Shown here: positions 50,501-56,012 of the stretch, piece after piece | Numbering within the stretch: the stretch's first letter is position 1 | How the letters are laid out: every line of letters begins with the position of its first letter | IMG/VR virus record: IMGVR_UViG_3300027805_000018 | Span: 1 to 56,012 of that record | From: a virus | Taxonomy: Duplodnaviria; Caudoviricetes | Length of the DNA: 56,012 nucleotides | Strand: one strand, 5' to 3' | The notes under the pieces: generated by a model | The model's database searches: none | What the model was told of the DNA's origin: nothing | Seen by the model: only the letters and a program-made list of their open reading frames with translations | Program-made: the position numbers and the translations under genes

Positions 50501-51785
50501 CCTTAATAACTGGAGTCATTCCTTCACCAGAATTATCAGTTATTGTTATTCCGGTTCCAGCAACAAGGTTACCAACATAATCGCCAGTGGTATCAGAACC
50601 AAGAGCAACTGAATTTGATGCTATTGTTGTTGTTATTGTTACGTTTGCTGAACCATCTATAAATACGTTACCTGTAACATCACCATCTAAGGTAATCTTT
50701 CTTTGATTAGTCCAAACAAGCGCATTACTTGCTGTGCCGGTAACGTTTCCAGTATGAACACCATTGCTATTTCCAGATAGATTACCAGTAACATTTCCAG
50801 ACAAATTTCCAGTAACATTTCCAGATAAGTTACCTGTAACATTTCCAACTATTTCTGCGTTGACTTGATTAAAGCTAACATTTGCATTTGTGGCGACTGA
50901 TTGACCAATTGAAACTGTTGGAGTTGTTGCTTCTCCAGAATTATTTGTAACCGTAACTCCAGTACCAGCAACTAGCGACTGAACATAATCGCCTATTGTA
51001 TCAGTTGATAAATTAATTGCATCATTAACCCAAGTTGATCCATTATATCTAAAGAAATCACCATTGGCGGCGTTGCTAATTGCTACGTCTGTTAACTCAT
51101 CAATAGATGCGTTGAGTGATATTGTTGGAGTTGTTCCTTCTCCAGAATTATTAGCTAACGATATACCAGTACCAGCAACTAAAGACGCAACATAATTTCC
51201 CGTGGTATCGGTTCCAAGGGCAACTGAGTTAGCAACTATTGTTGCAGTAAGAGTTACGTTAGCAGATCCATCTATAGAAACGTTTCCAGATAAATCTCCA
51301 TCCAATGTAATTACTCTAGCATTGGTCCACTTTGCCGCTGAGCCTGTGTATACATTAGCTGACAACACCTCTGTGCCGTTAATTCTAAAAACTTTACCTG
51401 ATAACAGATTAATATCTTCAGAAGATGTCCAAGATGAAGTTGTGTTAACCCAATTAAATGTTTTATCTGTTGCACCCTTTAGCGTTATACCGCCACCATT
51501 TGCGCCAGCGTCAGTGGTAATTCCATATCCTAATTCAATATTTTTATCTTCAACAACTATTGATTCAGTACTTACTGTAATTGTAGTGCCATTAACAGTA
51601 AGGTTTCCAGAAACTACTAAATCTCCAGAAACTTGAACGCTATCTTCTGTTGTTATTTGAGTGTTTGAATTTTGAAGTAAATTCAAAGATGAACTTACTA
51701 GTGATCCGCTATCATCCCTAAAATAGAATACTCCACTAATTGGATCTATAGCTATTTGATTAGATGTAATACTTGGTAAAGCCAT
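47586..51785 (-). CDS. Long fibre protein (1399 aa)
   Basis: Mosaic of repeats: TLxGDxxG...NSVALGxDTTG x3, (GNVT/GNLS)n, L.DV.......L.YNG..W.N units and SIVNADI units. Confidence 0.8.
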   Translation of the reverse strand: MALPSITSNQIAIDPISGVFYFRDDSGSLVSSSLNLLQNSNTQITTEDSVQVSGDLVVSGNLTVNGTTITVSTESIVVEDKNIELGYGITTDAGANGGGITLKGATDKTFNWVNTTSSWTSSEDINLLSGKVFRINGTEVLSANVYTGSAAKWTNARVITLDGDLSGNVSIDGSANVTLTATIVANSVALGTDTTGNYVASLVAGTGISLANNSGEGTTPTISLNASIDELTDVAISNAANGDFFRYNGSTWVNDAINLSTDTIGDYVQSLVAGTGVTVTNNSGEATTPTVSIGQSVATNANVSFNQVNAEIVGNVTGNLSGNVTGNLSGNVTGNLSGNSNGVHTGNVTGTASNALVWTNQRKITLDGDVTGNVFIDGSANVTITTTIASNSVALGSDTTGDYVGNLVAGTGITITDNSGEGMTPVIKVADSYTTNMVSNISNSAASVSSYADSVGNTAYSNAVTYINNRTLDDLSGVTLSNAAANDVLLYNGSAWINDDININKISDVLLSNVSNGQILIYDSTSSKWINSIIPEAPAGTSSSFTRGNNTDTDFTLFHGLGTADVVVTIRSNITYEVIETRWSTTNSIGEFSNNHVTVNFTNPPATDEMNITIYGSVQSTSVVVTGRLDNLSGDVMIGSVTSGDALIYNGSKWVNRKANITTDMGDVIISGNATGQFLKFDGNTWVNSSIPTINNLDDVGDVSVSSKSTDDILKWNGTAWVAVTPTKSTVGLGNVDNTSDANKPVSTATQTALDLKSNLASPTFTGNVTLPSTTSIGNVSNTEISYLDGVTSAIQTQLNNKASSSTSPTITLAGDLTGSATLTNLGNATLTATIAANSVALGTDTTGDFISSLVAGTGITLTNNSGEAATPTVAVNTSVIATKAYVDSFASGINWHAAVKAATSGDLAGNYDNGVSGVGATLTKATVGSIGTIDSASVVAGDRILLKSQTDAKQNGIYTIVTTGNATVAWQIIRATDFDNSGSSATIVPGDAVFVTGGSTNGSKGFIQDAYGTGTNSAIVIGTDNITFTQFTGASTSVAGNGLSTTGNQFDVGTASSSRIVVNADNIDLATTGVSANTYKSVTVDAYGRVTSGTNPTTLSGYGITDAVSSSLTSAYVLLGNSTGVATGTQISGDVTISNTGNVQIASNSIVNADINSAAAIALSKLASGTSGQIIVANSSGVPTWVSETGDITISDAGVTAISSNVIVDADINSSAGISLSKLAAGTSGQIIVANSSGIPTWVSETGDVTISDTGVTAIASNSIVNADINSAAAIDYSKLNLSNTITTTDLQAGAARGGFNSTLRTVTSSNTLVSTDLAKLIVANSSSDMTITVSTSATFNDGDRIDLLRAGTGEVTITGSGITVNGTPGYRLRAQWSSATLIRLNSTTWVAVGDLKV

Positions 51786-51806
51786 GGAAAGCCTTTCTTA
51801 GATTAA

Positions 51807-53918
51807 TTAGAAAGTTCCACCATCTATTGTGTCACTCCATGCTGGAACTCCGGCTACAACTTGCAGAATTTGCCCACTAGAACCTATTGACAACTTAGAT
51901 AATGTATTTGCTGCGCTGGCATAAATTATGTCACCAGTCACATAAGTTGTAAATCCAGTACCACCCTTGTTAGAGGCTATTGTTGTAGCGCTCCAAGTTC
52001 CTGAGCTAATTGTTCCAACTGTTACAATGCTGTCGTCGCCAGAATATGTACCAGCAGCAACGTCTGCTAATATCGAACTATAAGCTTGGACATTTGAACC
52101 AATTGCCAAACCAAGATTTATTCTTGCATTGGATGCATCTGTTGCACCAGTACCACCATAGGTAACTGCTACTGCATTAGCCTGCCATGTGCCTGTTGAA
52201 ATTGTCCCAACTGCAGTTAAACTTGAAGTAACTATAGTGGAGCCAAGTGTCGTATTACTGAGAACTGATGTTCCACCAATTTCATACACTTTACCAGCTG
52301 CCAAATCAATATCTTCAGAAGAAGTCCAAGCTGTTGTTGACTCAACCCAATTAAGAGTTTTATTAGTTGCGCCAAGAACTGTAATTCCTGCACCATTAGC
52401 TGTTGTATTGCTTGGTGATCCGGTATTTGCAAGAACAATATTTTTGTCTTCAACTACTAAGGTTCCAGTATTAAGAGTTGTAGTGTTTCCATTAACAATT
52501 AAGTCACCAGTTACTGTTAGTGTATTTCCAATTGTAACATCATCTGGAAGACCAATTGTAATTGCACCTGTGTATGGACCAGAACCTGTTCCAGATACGG
52601 TGATTTCATTTGATGTACCAGTAATAGAAGTAACTGCTGCAGTTCCTAAATCGCTAACTTGTGAACCAGTAATAGAAATTGCAGTGTTGCCAGCAGCTGT
52701 TAACCTACCTTGTGCATCAACTGTAAATGTTGCAACTGTGTTTGCTGCGCCATATGATCCTGCAGTAACTGCAGTATTATCAAGATCAAGTGTGACTTTA
52801 TCTGTTGCACCGCCAGCGGTTGCCGTAAGACCAGTACCGCCAGAGATTGTCAATGTATCTCCTGCGGTAATTGTTTGACTTGTTCCTCCATCACCAGCAA
52901 CTGTAAATGACTGAGATGCTACCGAAAAGTTAATCTTTGAATTGGCGTCGTCATAAGTTACCGTAATACCAGATTTATCACCATTGGTAATCATTGTTCC
53001 TACGGCGTCTTGTGCTTCTTCTGTGAAGGATTGAACTTGAGCTGCTGTTATTGAAATACTCGTATTGCCTGCTGCAGTCAAGCGACCTTGGGCATCAACA
53101 GTAAGTGTAGCAACTGTTCCAGCTGCACCATAGTTACCAGCAGTAACTGTTGTGTTAGCAAGATCTAAAGTAACTCCACCAGAAGTGCCACCACCGCTAA
53201 GACCAACTCCAGCTGTTACTGATTCAATATCTCCAGCATCGTTTGTAAAGCTAATTACACCAGTAGTTGTATTATAGGCGAGGTCTCCAGAAACTGAAAT
53301 TGCTGCTCTTGTATTTGCTGTAAAATCTGAAACTTGACTAGCGATAATACTAACTGCTGTATTGCCTGCTGCAGTTAGGCGACCTTGGGCGTCGACAGTA
53401 AATGTGGCGATTGTATTTGCTGCGCCATAAGAACCACCTGTAACTGCAGTGTTATCAAGATTGATTGTAATAGTATCTGTTGCAGCTGCTATTGAAGTTA
53501 AACCAGTTCCACCAGCAATGGTTAAAGTATCAGTACCTGTTGCAATGCTGACATTACCAGTGTCTCCAGCTGCTGTAAAAGTTGTGCCAACGTTGGCTAT
53601 TTGACCACTGATGTTTGATATCTGTTGATCAACATAAAGCTTTGTTGAAGCATGTGAGTTAGCGCTTGGAGTTGCAACAATGGTTACACCATTAAATGTT
53701 TTATTGCCTGAAATTGTTTGTTCGGTACCTAAAGATACAAATGCGCCAACGCCAGCGATAGCTGGAATAGTATTAGCATTGCCGCTACCATCATCACCAT
53801 AACCATAATAGAGTGTATTATCAGCTTCGTTAAAAGCTAATTCAGCGTTTTTAAGTGAGCTTGGTGCACCAGCTGAACCAGTACCAGCTCTTCTTTTAAT
53901 TCTTAAAATGTTAGCCAT
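51807..53918 (-). CDS. Fibre protein with Mtd-N-like N-terminus
   Basis: MANILRIKRR...LKNAELAFNEADNTLYYG; three NTxVTxGxYGAA...TVDAQGRLTAAGNT repeats; C-terminal IDGGTF. Confidence 0.75.
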   Translation of the reverse strand: MANILRIKRRAGTGSAGAPSSLKNAELAFNEADNTLYYGYGDDGSGNANTIPAIAGVGAFVSLGTEQTISGNKTFNGVTIVATPSANSHASTKLYVDQQISNISGQIANVGTTFTAAGDTGNVSIATGTDTLTIAGGTGLTSIAAATDTITINLDNTAVTGGSYGAANTIATFTVDAQGRLTAAGNTAVSIIASQVSDFTANTRAAISVSGDLAYNTTTGVISFTNDAGDIESVTAGVGLSGGGTSGGVTLDLANTTVTAGNYGAAGTVATLTVDAQGRLTAAGNTSISITAAQVQSFTEEAQDAVGTMITNGDKSGITVTYDDANSKINFSVASQSFTVAGDGGTSQTITAGDTLTISGGTGLTATAGGATDKVTLDLDNTAVTAGSYGAANTVATFTVDAQGRLTAAGNTAISITGSQVSDLGTAAVTSITGTSNEITVSGTGSGPYTGAITIGLPDDVTIGNTLTVTGDLIVNGNTTTLNTGTLVVEDKNIVLANTGSPSNTTANGAGITVLGATNKTLNWVESTTAWTSSEDIDLAAGKVYEIGGTSVLSNTTLGSTIVTSSLTAVGTISTGTWQANAVAVTYGGTGATDASNARINLGLAIGSNVQAYSSILADVAAGTYSGDDSIVTVGTISSGTWSATTIASNKGGTGFTTYVTGDIIYASAANTLSKLSIGSSGQILQVVAGVPAWSDTIDGGTF

Positions 53919-54272
53919 TTAAAAATTTCCTCCATTAATATTAAGTTCTGCGCTGTTGTCAGTTAATGATTCAACAGACTTATTTACCCATTGAGAGCCA
54001 TTGTAAATTAACACGTCCTTTAATCCAACATTGCTTATAGTAACATCACCTATGCCATTTAAACTACTAATGTTTGATTCTACAGATACAATTCTGTCTT
54101 TAACGGTTAGGTGAGAACCAGCTGGATTCACCCCCAGTACGGTCTGTAAGGCCTCTACAGCGTCATTTAGATTAGTATGCTGCTGATGGTGAGGTACAGT
54201 AACTGAGTTAAGCTTATCTGTAGCTGATGGATTTATTAAAACATCTAATTGATTTGGATAATTTGTTGCCAT
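53919..54272 (-). CDS. Small fibre-like virion protein
   Basis: MATNYP..LD...H...NDAVEALQ..LG coiled segment and a DVLIYNGSQWVN unit. Confidence 0.6.
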   Translation of the reverse strand: MATNYPNQLDVLINPSATDKLNSVTVPHHQQHTNLNDAVEALQTVLGVNPAGSHLTVKDRIVSVESNISSLNGIGDVTISNVGLKDVLIYNGSQWVNKSVESLTDNSAELNINGGNF

Positions 54273-54280
54273 ATATTTTC

Positions 54281-54691
54281 CTATAAACTAATAATTTTAG
54301 TTGAGCTGTTATTCCATTGAATAGTCATTGATGATGGTTCTGCCGTGCCAGTAAATGGTATTCCTTCAGAATCATCTATAAAGGCTATTAATCTAGAGTC
54401 AGAATCTGTTGTTCCATATTGATAAAACACAATTGCATCAAACGGTGTTCCATCATGAATGATTGTTAAATCATCTGCGTCTAAAACGCCTAGCGTATTT
54501 GATACATTTTGCAAAGCTGAACTTCTATAGACTTTTGCCGCTGTTGGTATGTCTGACAGGAATTCATGAGTATTTTGATTTGGAGTATAAAGTGCGGTTT
54601 TGATAAAAGCTACTTTTAAATTTGTTGACCCTAAATCTATATCTCCGCTGAGCATGGCTTGTTTAGCTTTACCGTATATAAAATTAGCCAT
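54281..54691 (-). CDS. Virion structural protein
   Basis: MANFIYGKAK...IDL....LKVA pattern typical of phage minor structural proteins; synteny. Confidence 0.55.
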   Translation of the reverse strand: MANFIYGKAKQAMLSGDIDLGSTNLKVAFIKTALYTPNQNTHEFLSDIPTAAKVYRSSALQNVSNTLGVLDADDLTIIHDGTPFDAIVFYQYGTTDSDSRLIAFIDDSEGIPFTGTAEPSSMTIQWNNSSTKIISL

Positions 54692-54692
54692 A

Positions 54693-55466
54693 TTATATAC
54701 CTACATCTTTTGAAACTGTTATTTTATACTTGTAACCTTTTTCAAAATAATCTTTATTTTCAGTAAAATATGATGGTGTTGCATCATTTAGAGAAGGGAA
54801 ATCTACATATATTTCAGGCTTCCAAGAATGCATCTGTATTACTGTTTCAATATTTTCCCAACGAGAAGGTGATTTTTGAATCTTTTTTCTTTGAGCCCTA
54901 AAGTATCTATTAGATAAAAAGTTAGATGCTGGACGAGCATTGAATGTAATAGTTACTCTTCCATCATTATTATCATTTGCTATATAAAATGATCCATTTG
55001 CTGGATCAACAGAATCAATATAGAATTCTGGATTTTTAGCTATAATTTGATAACTGCTATATGCTTCGGTTAAGATTGAGTTATCTTCTACTAAAATTTC
55101 TTCTATTTCCGGGATAACAGAAGTTGAGAAACCAGATGGTGTTGCTGCATCTTGTTTTGTAAATTTTATATATTCTTCTGCTACAACTTCATTTGCAGAG
55201 TCCAGCAAACCTACTGCTCTTATATAATATTCCTGACCAGAAACAAGAACCTTATCCCAGTAAAGAGTGAGTGTTCTAGATATTGTATTATAATCAGCTA
55301 ATGAATTAATTGTTTTAAAAGGACTAGATACAAGAGTTGGTGTCGCATCTGAGGTTTGAACAATAAATTTATCATTTGTTATAGAACTAATTTTTACCGT
55401 TCTACCAAATTTAATTTTTACTTTATCAACACCCACTGAGGCATAATCTATTAAATTTAATGGCAC
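54693..55466 (-). CDS. Ig-like domain virion protein (possible head decoration)
   Basis: IDSVDPANG...VTITFN and YKITVSKDV Ig-like strands; directly after the capsid gene. Confidence 0.55.
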   Translation of the reverse strand: MPLNLIDYASVGVDKVKIKFGRTVKISSITNDKFIVQTSDATPTLVSSPFKTINSLADYNTISRTLTLYWDKVLVSGQEYYIRAVGLLDSANEVVAEEYIKFTKQDAATPSGFSTSVIPEIEEILVEDNSILTEAYSSYQIIAKNPEFYIDSVDPANGSFYIANDNNDGRVTITFNARPASNFLSNRYFRAQRKKIQKSPSRWENIETVIQMHSWKPEIYVDFPSLNDATPSYFTENKDYFEKGYKYKITVSKDVGI

Positions 55467-55519
55467 AATTTATCTCCTCAGAAAAAATACTGACACTTAA
55501 TTAGTAACAGGGTTTGTGC

Positions 55520-55550
55520 AAAAAAATAAGGGGCAGCTTTCGCTGCCCCC
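55520..55550 (-). terminator. Rho-independent terminator after the major capsid gene
   Basis: GGGGCAGC-GAAA-GCTGCCCC followed by TTATTTTTTT on the minus strand. Confidence 0.85.
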
Positions 55551-55594
55551 TACTTTCTAAGACTGTATCGTAACTATAACAGTCTTAAGGATTA

Positions 55595-56012
55595 TTACAA
55601 TGTAACGTTATTTGTAACTTCAACCTCGTAGCTACGAGCAAGGCTAACGTTCTTAGCAACAGTAATACCTTCACCATCGCCAAGCATTACAATGTCATAA
55701 CGCTCTTTCATCTTCATCGAACGAATGTCACGTGACGGATCATCAAACTGATCTGTGCTCATGTCATCCTTAACGAGAAGAGTTCCAACCTCATTACGGT
55801 CAATGAGGAACAGGTCTGACTTAGCTGGTGTTGCACCGCTCTTAGCTGTAAAGCTAACGAATGGTGATACTAGCACGTTCAAGCCCATAGGAGCTGTTGC
55901 GTTAAGAACGCCATCCTTCGACTGTGGACGGTAGCCCCAGCTGGTATTAACAGCTGATGCAGCGCCGCCCATGTGGAAGATCGAGTCCTTGAGGAAGACC
56001 GACCACATCAGT
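55595..56012 (-). CDS. Major capsid protein, C-terminal part (partial)
   Basis: HK97-like C-terminus (GLNVLVSPFV...DQFDDPSRDIRSMKMKERYDIVML); strong terminator downstream. Confidence 0.7.
   Translation of the reverse strand, partial: LMWSVFLKDSIFHMGGAASAVNTSWGYRPQSKDGVLNATAPMGLNVLVSPFVSFTAKSGATPAKSDLFLIDRNEVGTLLVKDDMSTDQFDDPSRDIRSMKMKERYDIVMLGDGEGITVAKNVSLARSYEVEVTNNVTL

Noticed and set aside
39939-50850. CRISPR array or non-coding repeats (12-nt FPP repeat; 24-nt GNVTGNLS repeat near 50770-50850)
   Set aside because: Both are in-frame coding repeats with synonymous variation and no spacers.
4731-52878. Plus-strand track ORFs other than 37197 and 37859 (e.g. 4731, 13085, 39941, 40839, 52189)
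   Set aside because: Antisense shadows of minus-strand genes with no recognisable motifs; 39941..40147 is simply the reverse of the FPP repeat.
44495-53918. Diversity-generating retroelement suggested by the Mtd-N-like fibre N-termini
   Set aside because: No reverse transcriptase and no adenine-specific TR/VR repeat pair was seen in the window.
1-56012. Stop-codon reassignment (TAG or TGA read-through)
   Set aside because: Long ORFs are intact under code 11, all three stops end genes, and the broken genes need a frame change rather than read-through.

Overview
This is an AT-rich segment of a large contractile-tailed (myovirus-like) dsDNA phage, coded almost entirely on the minus strand. In transcription order (right to left) it carries the 3' end of the major capsid gene, small virion proteins and four long mosaic fibre genes, two of them followed by a PASTA-like/(FPPx)n partner. 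Next come a glycosyltransferase-like gene and a ~13 kb accessory island with ten 2OG-Fe(II) oxygenases, two glutathione-peroxidase homologues and a TLC-like membrane protein. The rest is neck genes, two sheath genes, three tube paralogues, two tail-chaperone-like genes, two >2000-aa proteins and a partial baseplate-like gene. Main discovery: eight virion-module genes contain ten +1 frame breaks, and each break sits exactly on an in-frame CGG codon (CGGA x8, CGGT x2). Skipping the C yields a Gly codon and restores the protein. In a manual scan I found no other in-frame CGG in any called gene, and one site is conserved at the same aligned Gly in two diverged paralogues. This points to a recoding system in which CGG-W is read as a 4-nt unit (+1 frameshift or quadruplet decoding). 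All function calls come from motif recognition by eye, not database searches.
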